From IMG/VR virus record IMGVR_UViG_3300005286_000510, positions 1-51,694 of that record: a DNA stretch of 51,694 nucleotides, one strand, 5' to 3'. Shown in pieces: positions 26,761 to 37,300 of this stretch; positions within the stretch are counted from its first letter, which is position 1, and each line of letters starts with the position of its first letter. This stretch comes from a virus. Its lineage: Duplodnaviria > Caudoviricetes. The notes beneath the pieces were generated by a model. The model was not told the DNA's origin. It saw nothing but the letters and a program-made list of their open reading frames with translations, and did no database searches. A program made the position numbers and the translations under genes.

Positions 26761-27561
26761 ATGGCCAACTACGTTTACAGCCAGCTTTCCGAAGACCTTT
26801 ACCGCATCCCGAAGGCGCAGATCCTGGTCGGCGTTTGGGAGAACGGCGTCAAGCCGGATCGTCTTTTCAACCTCGGCGACTACGAGGACATCAACCTCGC
26901 CTATGAAGTCGAAGAGACCGAGATCGTCGGCAACGATTCCAAGGTTCAGACGGTCCGCAAGACCATCGTCACCAAGACCGGTGGTACGCTGACTTTCTCC
27001 GCGCGTCAGATTTCCGATATCGTCCGCGAGCTGATGTACATGTCTGAAAAGCGGACTGTCGCTCAGGATGCCAACGCTGCGTTCAGCAAGGCGTTCAAGA
27101 ACCTCAAGGTCGGCGACATCATCGAGACCGACATCCTCAATCCGGCTGTTGCCACTCTCGGACAGGGCGTTGGCGAGGACGCTGTCGAGTTCGTCAAAGG
27201 CACCCACTTCCATGTGACCACGACTGGCCGCGTTGAAATCCTTGCTCTTCCGGTCGGCTACGTGCCGGCTACGGATGCTGATCTCGATGTTGCCGGTCCG
27301 GCTGCCGCTCTGTCTACGACTGAATACGGCATCCTGCGGGCGTCCTCGAAGACCCTTCGCATCGTGATCGAGCAGGTCAACGACAACGGCGACGACATCG
27401 TGATCCCTAAGATCCAGATCCGTCCGGACGGCGACCTGTCCCTCGGCGGCTCCGGTACGGACCCGGTGGCCGTGTCCTTCACTGGCAAGATCCAGGAGGA
27501 CATCACCGAAGAGGACGGTCGTCGCCTCGGCTACGCCCGCGCCGTTCCAGTCGCCGCCTAA
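26761..27561 (+). CDS. Major tail tube protein
   Basis: 266 aa, beta-rich, high-expression codon bias, upstream of chaperone and TMP. Confidence 0.8.
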   Translation: MANYVYSQLSEDLYRIPKAQILVGVWENGVKPDRLFNLGDYEDINLAYEVEETEIVGNDSKVQTVRKTIVTKTGGTLTFSARQISDIVRELMYMSEKRTVAQDANAAFSKAFKNLKVGDIIETDILNPAVATLGQGVGEDAVEFVKGTHFHVTTTGRVEILALPVGYVPATDADLDVAGPAAALSTTEYGILRASSKTLRIVIEQVNDNGDDIVIPKIQIRPDGDLSLGGSGTDPVAVSFTGKIQEDITEEDGRRLGYARAVPVAA

Positions 27562-27569
27562 TCCCCCTC

Positions 27570-27605
27570 GGGGCCCGGTTCCAGGATCGGGCCTCTGATC
27601 CTTTC
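27570..27605 (+). terminator. Possible terminator after tail tube
   Basis: GGGCCCGGT / ATCGGGCCT stem. Confidence 0.45.
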
Positions 27606-27628
27606 GCAACCGGTCACGGAGAGAGACC

Positions 27629-28078
27629 ATGAACACCAATACAATGCCCGACGCTTGGGATGACTTTTTCGAAGCCGCCGTCCCTGTCGGCCGCGACGCT
27701 GAATTCTTCGGCAAGACCCTGCATTTCAATCCAGTCGACTTGGACACGTTGTTCGTCATCGTGCCCCGCTTCCCTGAGGTCGAGACCCTGCTTTTCGACA
27801 CCCTGAAGGGCAAGAAGCTGCCGGACAGCAAGGTGCTGTTCAACATGGCGACCACGCGCTGGCGGGCTGCCGTCTGCGCCCTGATCGCCGCCTCGCTGGG
27901 TAAGCTGGAGGATCTCGCTTTCCAGGAACGCCTGATGGCCGTCCCCAGCGCCACGCTGCTGTCGATGCTCAAGATCGTCCTCGAGCTCTCCATGCCGGCT
28001 GAATTCAAGGATTTTTTGAGCCGGTTCCAGACGGAGGCAGCGGAACCGGTGGCAACGGAAACTCCAGCAGCAGCCTAG
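27629..28078 (+). CDS. Tail assembly chaperone (G-like)
   Basis: Position; slippery T TTT TTG at 28012-28018. Confidence 0.75.
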   Translation: MNTNTMPDAWDDFFEAAVPVGRDAEFFGKTLHFNPVDLDTLFVIVPRFPEVETLLFDTLKGKKLPDSKVLFNMATTRWRAAVCALIAASLGKLEDLAFQERLMAVPSATLLSMLKIVLELSMPAEFKDFLSRFQTEAAEPVATETPAAA

Positions 28079-28317
28079 CCGACCACCCCTTGGTTCATCT
28101 CGCAAAGATGGCTGAGGAGCTAAACGCGGACTGCTCCACCGAGAACGCCTTCAAAAACAGCCCCAAGCGGATTGTCTGGCGGATCGGATGTCTCCGGGAA
28201 CGGCAGCGAAGGAAAATGGAGAACGAGCTGGCGATCGGTGCCCAAGCGGCGTCGGTCCCCAACATGAAAGAGAAGGACCAAAAATCCTTCTGGCAGAAGC
28301 TGGGATTTAAGAAGTGA
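28012..28317 (+). CDS. -1 frameshift extension of the tail chaperone (GT-like)
   Basis: The -1 frame is open from the slippery site to 28317 and its stop overlaps the TMP start. Confidence 0.7.
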   Translation, partial: FFEPVPDGGSGTGGNGNSSSSLADHPLVHLAKMAEELNADCSTENAFKNSPKRIVWRIGCLRERQRRKMENELAIGAQAASVPNMKEKDQKSFWQKLGFKK

Positions 28318-30587
28318 TCAGCACGATTGGTAGATTCCTGGCTTCGTTTGGCGTCACTGGCCTCCGTGCCGTGCTGCGTCAAATCCAGAATTTTGCCAAG
28401 GCTGTTGGTCGTGCGCTTCGCTCCATGGCCGTCCGCGCTCCCCTTGCTGGCTTGGTCGCCGGCGCCCGGGCGGCAACCATGGCTGTCAACGGCACTGTCG
28501 GCGCCGTCAGATCCCTTGCTTCCGCCCTCGGCACCATCACCGGCGTCTCCGGCCTGATCGGCATCGGCGGCATGATGGCCGGCGTCAAGGGCGCTGTTGA
28601 TTCCGCAAATTCGTTTGTGGAGGTCAATCGCAGGCTGGCCCTGACGATGGACATGCCGATCGAGCAATTCCAGGCCTTTACGTCAACCGTCTCCGCCTTC
28701 GGCTTTGAGCTGGATGACGTGCGCCAGGCGATGACGCAGTTCTACGGCGTCGCCGGCGAAGCCAAGACCGGCACCGGTAGCTATTTCGAGATGTTCAAGC
28801 AAGCCGGGATCGACATGACTCTGGCCGAGAACAAAATGGCCTCGATGCCGGAGCTGCTGCAGAAGTTCGCAGTTCAGATCCAGAACATCCGGGGCAGCGA
28901 CCGCACGTCTATCCTTGCTCAGATCTTCGGTGACGATGACGCAACGAAGGTCGGCCTCATGCTCGAGGCAATGGCCGACACGTCCGGATATGCGAAGGCG
29001 TACGGCGATACCATCAAGGATCTCAAGCGCTCGGGCGCTCTGATCACTGATGCAGACATCGCGCTTTCGAAGGCCTATCGCGGGCAGATCTCGCAGCTGG
29101 GCACGGCCTTCGAAGGCTTGAAAATGTCTATCTATCGGGCATTCGGGCCGACGTTTATCCGTTGGATGAAGGTCGCGACTGAGGGGATCATCAAGTATCG
29201 GCATCAGATCGTCCGGTACCTTGTCGGTGCCTATAACCGCTTCATCATCCTGCTGCGGGACGTGTTGAAGGTTTTCTTCAACCTCAACACTGCGTACGAA
29301 GTCCAGCACAAGTGGCTCTACAAGCTGCAGAGCGGCGTGAAGGAATTCATGGCTGTCATGGGGCAGCTGTGGCGGATCTTCAACGTCGTCGGCAAGCGGA
29401 TTGCGGATGAGCTCGAGGGCGCTATCGGCGGCACGGATTTCGGTATCGGCAATGCCTTGTCGTCGGCTCTCGCTGGCATCAGCGACGCTGAGATCAACGC
29501 CTTCATCGACAAGCTCATTCTTGCTTTCAACCACGTAAAGCTGGTCGCCATGGACATGTGGGCGATCATCTCGGGACGGGGCTACAACGTCCAGACCGGC
29601 ATCGGCCGCCAGATGCGTGGTGTGGTCGAGCACGTGATCGCCATGATCGCGTCCATGCGTGATGCCGTGCAGCCCGTTCTCGAGCAGCTGTACGGGCTCT
29701 TCGGCTTCGTCGGCCAAATCATGGCTTGGGTGCAGGGCGTCTACGGCCAGCTCGTGGAAGGCTTCAATTCGGGCAACATCGACCCGGCCGTGTCGGCGTG
29801 GACCAACATCGGCGCCGCCCTGAAGATCGCCGCTGACTGGATCACGGAATTCGCCCAGCAGCTTTACGGCGTCTTCGTTCTACAGCAGGACGCGACCGGC
29901 CGTTTTGCCTGGATCAATGACGTCATCAAGAGCTTCCAGGTTTTCTGGGGGCATGTGAAGACCGCGTGGGGCTGGTTCCAGGCCCTTTATCAGAAGGTCG
30001 ACGAGTTCTTCACGGCCATGGGCTGGGATCTCGGCGGCACGCTGATGTTCCTCGGCTTGCTCAAGTTGACCGGCGTCCTTGACGGCATCTTCGGTGCCTT
30101 GGGTCTTGTGATGTCGGCGATCTCGATTGCGCTGCCGCTCGCCCTTGGGACGGCCGGCGCTGCGGTCACCACCTTTGTCGCGACTGTCGCCGGCTGGACA
30201 GCCGGGCTGATGGCGGCCTTCTGGGCTGGCAAGATGCTGGCCGATCTGCTGGATGGAACCTTTGTCGACCGCGCTGTCGGCTGGGTCACGGACAAGATGT
30301 ACGGCGTGGAAGACGCCTTCGCTAAGGTCCGCGAGCAGGGCAATGCCATCGCCGACGCCGGCGGCACGCGCGCCTACGCCCAGACGATCCGATCCGCTGC
30401 GGCTCCGGTCCGGCCGGTCGCTGCTTATCCTGACGGCGGCTACGTCACTGCCGGCGGCGGCGCTCCTGCTCTGCACCCGGTGACGATCAACATCCCCGGC
30501 GGCAGGCAGATCCACGCGATGCAGACGCCGGACCAGCTCGACGAGGCGCGGTCTTACGTCACGCGCTCGGCGACAGGAGGCTACTGA
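28314..30587 (+). CDS. Tape measure protein
   Basis: 757 aa, Ala/Gly-rich helical, periodic W/F; position. Confidence 0.88.
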   Translation: MISTIGRFLASFGVTGLRAVLRQIQNFAKAVGRALRSMAVRAPLAGLVAGARAATMAVNGTVGAVRSLASALGTITGVSGLIGIGGMMAGVKGAVDSANSFVEVNRRLALTMDMPIEQFQAFTSTVSAFGFELDDVRQAMTQFYGVAGEAKTGTGSYFEMFKQAGIDMTLAENKMASMPELLQKFAVQIQNIRGSDRTSILAQIFGDDDATKVGLMLEAMADTSGYAKAYGDTIKDLKRSGALITDADIALSKAYRGQISQLGTAFEGLKMSIYRAFGPTFIRWMKVATEGIIKYRHQIVRYLVGAYNRFIILLRDVLKVFFNLNTAYEVQHKWLYKLQSGVKEFMAVMGQLWRIFNVVGKRIADELEGAIGGTDFGIGNALSSALAGISDAEINAFIDKLILAFNHVKLVAMDMWAIISGRGYNVQTGIGRQMRGVVEHVIAMIASMRDAVQPVLEQLYGLFGFVGQIMAWVQGVYGQLVEGFNSGNIDPAVSAWTNIGAALKIAADWITEFAQQLYGVFVLQQDATGRFAWINDVIKSFQVFWGHVKTAWGWFQALYQKVDEFFTAMGWDLGGTLMFLGLLKLTGVLDGIFGALGLVMSAISIALPLALGTAGAAVTTFVATVAGWTAGLMAAFWAGKMLADLLDGTFVDRAVGWVTDKMYGVEDAFAKVREQGNAIADAGGTRAYAQTIRSAAAPVRPVAAYPDGGYVTAGGGAPALHPVTINIPGGRQIHAMQTPDQLDEARSYVTRSATGGY

Positions 30588-31138
30588 TGATCGGCGATAC
30601 CGACCTTTATTTTGGCCCCGATATCGTCATCCCGCTGCGGGCCGGCTGCGGCTTCGAGGAGGACTGGCAGGAAGTCGGGGAAGTGACCTTCCGCGAGACC
30701 TTCGGCGGAGAGGCCCATGTCCTGCGCCCGGGTCACAAGACCAAGTATCACCTGACGATCACCGCCGGCAGCAATGCCGTCTGGCGCGTGCCGGCAATCG
30801 CGGACATTCCGCCGGGCAGCCTCATCACTGTCCACACTATCAAAGAATGGACGTCCAAAATCCCGGCTGGCACGAAGCAATGCATCCTGTCGCGGCCGCC
30901 GGTGCCGGGCTCGGTTTGGGTTTACGATCCTGCAAATCCGGACATCCGCTACCCCTTCACGCAAGACGAAGAGGATAGCCGGATCGTCAAGATCGCAGCC
31001 AATGCCACGAAGCATCTGGCCGTCGGGCACAAGCATATCATCACTGGCCTCCGCGGTCCCATGACCGGGCAGCAGAATTTCCTCAGCGGCCTGGGCACGT
31101 GGTCGCTTGAGCTCAGAGAATGGAAGGCGCCGGCATGA
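30587..31138 (+). CDS. Distal tail protein-like
   Basis: Directly after TMP; W.L.L.E C-terminus. Confidence 0.6.
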   Translation: MIGDTDLYFGPDIVIPLRAGCGFEEDWQEVGEVTFRETFGGEAHVLRPGHKTKYHLTITAGSNAVWRVPAIADIPPGSLITVHTIKEWTSKIPAGTKQCILSRPPVPGSVWVYDPANPDIRYPFTQDEEDSRIVKIAANATKHLAVGHKHIITGLRGPMTGQQNFLSGLGTWSLELREWKAPA

Positions 31139-33144
31139 TCTACGTCGCCTTCGTCCCTTCCCTGGATACGCCATTCAATCGGCTGCTGCACTGCGATCCG
31201 AACCTCGGCTACACGTTCGACTACGAGGTCGACGAAGGCGGATGGGCGGCAATCACGCTCGAGAAAAAGCAGACCGGTTGGGCCATCAATCTCGAAGGCT
31301 CTGACCGCTGCATCATCGTCTCCGAATCCGTCACCGGCGATCCTGCCGACGCGGTGGTCATCGCTCGTGCAAGGATTGAAACTCCGGTTGGCGACATCTT
31401 TGCGCCCACGCAGACGCTCTCTTTGGTGTGCGCTCCGGAAGACATCTCCGCTGTCGCGAATGCTGATGACGGCACCGAGGATGGGGCCATCATGGTGTTT
31501 GCTCGCACGCTCGTGAGCAAGCCGGAAACCTGCCTGCTACTCGACGACACGGACAAAGACGATCCGGCGACGTATCTGCTGGGCCGCTCTGCCGTCTACT
31601 ACATCGATCCTGTGACCCACGAGGTCTCGCTGTCCGACATGATCACTGGCGACCGGATCATCAATATGTCGGCCGCTCATTTCCATGACGACCAAGGGTA
31701 TCCCGAGGTGGAGCTCGTCGAGGGCCAGGGCCCGGTCGGGCGTGCTCGCGTCACGCTGCGTGCTGGATGGACGCAGCAAGCCAAGGGCCGCTGCGATATC
31801 GCTGCCCGCTTGGGCGACGTGTGGACGTATTCGCCGGATTTCATCACGGACGCCGACACCGACATGCCGAATGGCGTGGATCTCGACCTGGGTGCCGGCT
31901 GGAGCCTGGGCCCGAGCCGCGTCTACCACACCAGCTTCGACGGCCCGACCTTCTTCTCCGGCCGGGTCTTTGAGCAGGATTACGTCGACCAGGGCACGTA
32001 TGCGCCCGATACAAGCCCGCAAACTTACTCGATGATCCACAAAGAGCAGATCAATCTCATCGGGCACGTCGTCCGCTTCCAGCATGTCTTCCTCGAGTAC
32101 GAATACACGCAAGAGCGTGAGGAGCTGGTGCACGTCGTGGTCGACCTGCCAGTCCAGGGCGTGGCCGGCGCCGAGACGGAAATCGACGAAGGCGAAGTCT
32201 CGACGATCGATCTGCATGAGGAGCCGGGAGCCGAGGTCTATGACACCGGGGATTGGTACCAGGGCGATCATGTCGTCTATGGCGGCAAGCGCTATGAGTG
32301 CCTCGAAGACCACGTCTCGACGAGCTTCTGGCAGAAGCCCGATGATTTCCAGTGGCACTATCTGGGCCCCACGCCGGAAGGCTACAGCCACCACCCGTAC
32401 TGGAAGCAGGTGCCGTCCCAGGCTGTCCTGCGCAACGGCGACTATGCCTTCGCCGACAAGGACGCCGGCCAGGAAGTCATCGGCCACCTTGTCGCCCGCC
32501 TGCGGAAAAAACTGCTGGAGCGTGCCAGGTCACTACACATCACGCTGACCTACCCGTGGCACCTGGCGCGTGACATCACGCTGCGGGACAGCGTCATGGT
32601 CACCGTGCCGTGGGTCGCCGACAACTCGACCCGCCTTGTCGTCGGCAAGGTCATCCGCCTGCAGAAGCACTGGGGCGAGGATGGCCAATGGATTGTCGTC
32701 AAGATCGCGGTCTCCTTGGCCCAAGGTGTCGACGGTGAGCCGGTTGGCGGCCTGCTGCAGGGCTACACTGCTGACGACTATTTCGCCGACGACTACACGG
32801 AAGCCTTGCCGGCGGACGCTTTCTCCGTGGCCGGCGACACCACTTTCATTGTCGACGCTGACAAAGTGAAGCGGCCGATCGATACCGGCTTCCTCCCCAG
32901 TCCGACATATTCCGTCCGTCGCGTGGTCAAGGAAAACCAGCAGCCCGAGCAGCACGCCGTTGCCGTCGCCGCCGCCTCACGCCGCAAGGATTGCCGCCGC
33001 GCCGTCCAAGAGAAGCCCACGCGGCTGAAGGTTTCGATGATCCCCTTGGTTTCAGAGAACCTGCTGTCGCGCCGGATCTTCGTCGCCGGGCAGGTCGTCA
33101 AGGCCACCCGCGGCATTGATCTGATCAACGGAGAAGACGCATGA
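31135..33144 (+). CDS. Tail tip/hub protein with a carbohydrate-binding-like insert
   Basis: Position; YQGDHVVYGGKRYECLEDH motif. Confidence 0.65.
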   Translation: MIYVAFVPSLDTPFNRLLHCDPNLGYTFDYEVDEGGWAAITLEKKQTGWAINLEGSDRCIIVSESVTGDPADAVVIARARIETPVGDIFAPTQTLSLVCAPEDISAVANADDGTEDGAIMVFARTLVSKPETCLLLDDTDKDDPATYLLGRSAVYYIDPVTHEVSLSDMITGDRIINMSAAHFHDDQGYPEVELVEGQGPVGRARVTLRAGWTQQAKGRCDIAARLGDVWTYSPDFITDADTDMPNGVDLDLGAGWSLGPSRVYHTSFDGPTFFSGRVFEQDYVDQGTYAPDTSPQTYSMIHKEQINLIGHVVRFQHVFLEYEYTQEREELVHVVVDLPVQGVAGAETEIDEGEVSTIDLHEEPGAEVYDTGDWYQGDHVVYGGKRYECLEDHVSTSFWQKPDDFQWHYLGPTPEGYSHHPYWKQVPSQAVLRNGDYAFADKDAGQEVIGHLVARLRKKLLERARSLHITLTYPWHLARDITLRDSVMVTVPWVADNSTRLVVGKVIRLQKHWGEDGQWIVVKIAVSLAQGVDGEPVGGLLQGYTADDYFADDYTEALPADAFSVAGDTTFIVDADKVKRPIDTGFLPSPTYSVRRVVKENQQPEQHAVAVAAASRRKDCRRAVQEKPTRLKVSMIPLVSENLLSRRIFVAGQVVKATRGIDLINGEDA

Positions 33145-33497
33145 GCCAGAAGACCATAGCCTTTCTTCGGCAGCAGATCCGCAAGGAACGCCAGCGCATC
33201 AAAGTGAAGCCGCGGCGCGGTCTCGCGACTATGGCCTATGACGGCAACCAGGTGCCGGCTGATGGCGCCGTGGGCCTGGGGTCACAGCCAGAGATCGGCA
33301 GCCAGATGCCTTTCCCTGCCCGCTACGAAATGATCGGCGGCCGGCAGGTCATGATTACAGGCGAGCCCCGGGCAATCGTCGACTGGCCGACGGACGACAA
33401 CCCTTACGAAATGGCTGTGGTCGGCAAGCCCCGTCCGCGGCGCCAGGGCTACATTCCCATGTCTATTTTCCCAGTATTCCGTGGAGACGGTCGTTAA
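33141..33497 (+). CDS. Hypothetical tail-region protein
   Basis: ATGA-coupled. Confidence 0.6.
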   Translation: MSQKTIAFLRQQIRKERQRIKVKPRRGLATMAYDGNQVPADGAVGLGSQPEIGSQMPFPARYEMIGGRQVMITGEPRAIVDWPTDDNPYEMAVVGKPRPRRQGYIPMSIFPVFRGDGR

Positions 33498-33498
33498 A

Positions 33499-34311
33499 AT
33501 GGTCGACATCATCACCCGCGCCGGCAAGGGCGCCCCGCTCACCGCGGCCGAAATCGACGGCAATTTTTCAAACCTCAAGACCGACCTCGAGGCACTGCAG
33601 ACGGCCGTCAACACTGGCGTCAAGACGATCTCCAACATCGCTCTCAACAACGACGGCGACGCTCTCATTTTCACGATGAGCGACGACACGCAGATCGGAC
33701 CGCTGGCTATTCCCGTGCTGACGTATCGGGCCCGCGGTGACTGGTCCATGGGTGCCGCTTACATCATCCGCGACCGCGTTTACGTCGAAGGTGTTGGCTC
33801 TTTCGAATGCATTGAGCCGCACACTGCTGGGGCGGATTTCGAAGCTGACCGGTTTGCCGGCTATTGGCAGACGATCGCTGCCGATGGCGCCCCTGGCGAA
33901 GGCGGCGGCGGTGGTGGCGAGCCGGTCGAGATCCCGCCGCAGGTCGTGGTGGCGCCGTTCTCCATCACCGGCGGCGTCGGCTCGAAGTCGGCCTTGTTCT
34001 GCGTGCCGGTCGACTGCGTTCTCGACATGGATTCGCCGCCGATCGCTCGCGTGCTGACGGCTTCGGGATCGGGCAGCTGGTATGCGAGCCTCGAGATCCA
34101 CCAGCTCGTCGTCGATGGGCTGATCGACAACATGCTGCTGCCGGCCTTTGCTTTCAGCTCGAGCGAGACGGGGAAAGAGTTGCCGCTGGTTGCATCGTAC
34201 AATCTCAAGCGGGGCGACGTAATTCGCCTCGTCGTGACCGGCACAGTTGGCGCGGCCGCCGATTTTTCGGCGACCTTCGTGTTGCCGGTGGCTGTCGAAG
34301 AAGAAGCTTAA
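33499..34311 (+). CDS. Tail fibre / receptor-binding protein-like
   Basis: TRAGKGAPLTAAEIDGNF N-terminal motif, CBM-like middle, Gly linker, beta-rich C-terminus. Confidence 0.65.
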   Translation: MVDIITRAGKGAPLTAAEIDGNFSNLKTDLEALQTAVNTGVKTISNIALNNDGDALIFTMSDDTQIGPLAIPVLTYRARGDWSMGAAYIIRDRVYVEGVGSFECIEPHTAGADFEADRFAGYWQTIAADGAPGEGGGGGGEPVEIPPQVVVAPFSITGGVGSKSALFCVPVDCVLDMDSPPIARVLTASGSGSWYASLEIHQLVVDGLIDNMLLPAFAFSSSETGKELPLVASYNLKRGDVIRLVVTGTVGAAADFSATFVLPVAVEEEA

Positions 34312-37300
34312 GCGGCAACGGCGGTGGCTTCGGCTGCCGCCTCTTCCTCTTCGCCACTGTAGACCCACGGATCATCGATGATCGACAAGGCTTGCCACTC
34401 GCCCAGCGACAGCCGGGCTTCGGCGTAGTCGTCCTGTCCGCAGCGGAAAGCCAGACCTCCGGACATTGGATCGGCGAGCTTATCCCATCCTGGGAATTCC
34501 CCGCGCCGCATCAACTCCTGCCAGCAGTGCTGGCGGAAGCCATCTTCTTCCAGCACGCGATCCTCGCGGGATCCGACGACCGCTTCCACTTTGCATTCTG
34601 GGCGGACATCGGCCGGCAACACCTGATGCTGGCAGGCATCGAGGGACACCGGCTTGCGGACGACCTTCACGGCGCGGGCCATCTTGCTGAGATAGCGGCC
34701 TGGCCATTCCAGGACGCCCGGCACGAGGGATACGACTTCCGATCCATTGGCATCGGTCGACACCACCCGGTGGTAGTTGCGGGTCACGCGCTCTGGCAGC
34801 TTGCCGATCCACCGCTGGACGGCCTCCGGCTTGCTTGCTTCGGGCATGTAATGCAGCATCAGCTCGGCATCGATGATGCCACCAGCCAGCCGCACGGCGT
34901 CCCAGAGAGCAGTGCCGCCCTTGAAATCATCCCATCCGCGGACGTCGTCGATAACCAGATCGTCGGGGACGGACTGGCTGAAAACGTAGGCGACTTTGGT
35001 TTCTTCGCTGTAGACGGCGCGGACGCGGCCGATGCCCTGTCTTGCTTTCTCTTCGCGCGCCTGCGACTGCACCCGGCGAGCCATTGGGCCCAGGTGTTCA
35101 TGCATAGCGTACGTCGCGATCTTGCCGTCACGCATCAGCACATCACGGTCGACGATTGCCGGCATCAAGTCTTTGCCTTCGTCGTCCATGCCGGTGCCGA
35201 GGTAATCGATCCGTTCCTCCGGCTGCGGGTCACGATACGTGAGGGCCGCAACAATGGCGTCGACAACCCAGGTCGGCAGCTCTTGCCGTCCGATCTCGAC
35301 AACGGCAACGTGGCGTTCCGCGAAATTCAGGCCGGCTTCGGCACCGATGTGCAAAAAGTCGGCATTGACCGGCGGCGCCCAACCCTTCGAGATTACCCGG
35401 CGGACTTTCAGCGGCATGTGGAACACGACGCGCCCGTTGGCATGCATGGCACAGATGCGAGCGATGCGCTGGCGGGTCTCATAGACGATCCTGGCGGCCT
35501 TGATCTTCACTTCCGCGTCGGCGTCGATGCCAGGCAAAAACGACTTCACGGACAGGCGGCGATCTACCACAGCCATCGTCCGCAGGTTCATGTCGGACGG
35601 CACTTCGTGGACGACGATCTCACGGCCCGAGAACACCTTGCCCAGGATCTTTTCGTCGGCGCTGGCGTCCAGCAGCATCGTCGGCACGCCGGTCCAATTG
35701 GCTTCTTCGAGCCAGCTGATGCACATGGACTTTGTGCCGTCTTCGTTAGCCAGCACCTGCAGGCGGTAGTCGTGGTCACCAGTCGCGGTGGGGATGATCG
35801 GGCCATTGGCGGCATCGCGTGCCAGCTCGTCGGCAATCAGAGCCTTGATGCGATCTTCCAGGATGCTCCAGAACCGGTGTTCCTTTTTGATACCCTCGCC
35901 CTGCGGCAGGGTCACGACTTCATTGAAACGCTCCTCGCTCATGTCCGGCGAGATGGCGGAGCCGGAGACAATCGCCGAGCCTGTGACCCGCTTAGCCGAG
36001 CGGACAAGATCAAGACCAGTCACCACCCGCTTTGGCGTCTTTTCTTCATATGCTCGCAGGGCTGCAGCGGGGCAGACCTTGTCCTTGATCGCCTGCAACA
36101 CCACCGCGACCGCACCCTTGCGGTCGTCGTGGAGCTCGAGCGGATCCATACCGGCCGCCTTCTCGTCCTTAGTCAGCCGAGCGTCGGCACGCTGCTTGGT
36201 CAGGATCTCGAGATCAAAAGTGGCGTAGTGAACGAGGAGATCGAAGATGGATTCGTCGGCGATCACGCCGCGGGGATTCTTGAGCTCTTTCGGGATCGAC
36301 AGCGACAGGAAGGATTTCGGCATGAATACGATGTGGCTGTCTGGGATATCCTTGCGCTGCTGGATGGCCGGGCAGGACGCATAAAATTCACACGTGATCT
36401 CTTCGGACCTCGGCTCTTCGCCTTCCTCAACTTCGGCCGGCCGGCTGATCTTGCACATGCCAGCCGTGCCGATACCTGCCTTCATCAGGGCCGAGACCTT
36501 GTCCGCCTTCTGGCAGCCGGCGGCGATTTTGCCCTTGTAGACCATCGTCCTGAGGCCGGCATTTTGGGCGCTGATACGCAGGCCAGCGATCACGCTGTCA
36601 GCTGCATCTTCCGGCACGAGACCACGCTCGGACGCTTGGATACGGAGATCGTCGTCGGAGAGGCTGCCGTCCAGATTGAGCAGCTCGGCACGCTCGCGGA
36701 CTTCGGCGATGTTGGAATACGTCGGCAGCAGAAACACGAAGGGCCCTGGCTTTTCGCCTTCCTCGGGGTTGGTCTCCACATTGTCCCACGCCTTGGTACG
36801 GGGATCGGCAGCCAGGGTCGCGATGGCCTTGGTTGTCTTACCCGAGCCCGTCGGCGCCTTCAAAATATGCACCCGATTGTTCTGGCCGTAGACGTCATCC
36901 AACCAGGTGTTGACGCCCTTGACGACGGCGGCAGAGGTCTCTGCACCGATCTCGGAACGGTCGGTCTTCAGGCGGGCTTTTTCGATGTTTTCCGGCGTCG
37001 CGGTCTCGGAATACTGGACCTTCAGCCCGGACCGGTTGTTCTGCGGCAGATACGAGAAGGTGTCGTCCTGCTGCTCGATTTTGACGACCGTCTTTTCGAT
37101 GACGCGGCCGGATTTCGTAACGTCGGCGCGGGGCTTGATGATGCCGGCAGCCAGCATCTCGGCGGCGCGGCTGACTTTGCCCCAGATTTCCGTCTTGAGA
37201 TACGAATCCGTCCATTTGCCGTCGTGGCGGGCCTTCTGGCGGAACTGCTCGAATGCGAGGCTCCGCAGCTGGTCCTTACCGTCCTCGGTTTGCGACTTCG

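Noticed and set aside
24640-34311. Diversity-generating retroelement or invertible tail-fibre cassette
   Set aside because: No reverse transcriptase, invertase or TR/VR repeat pair seen
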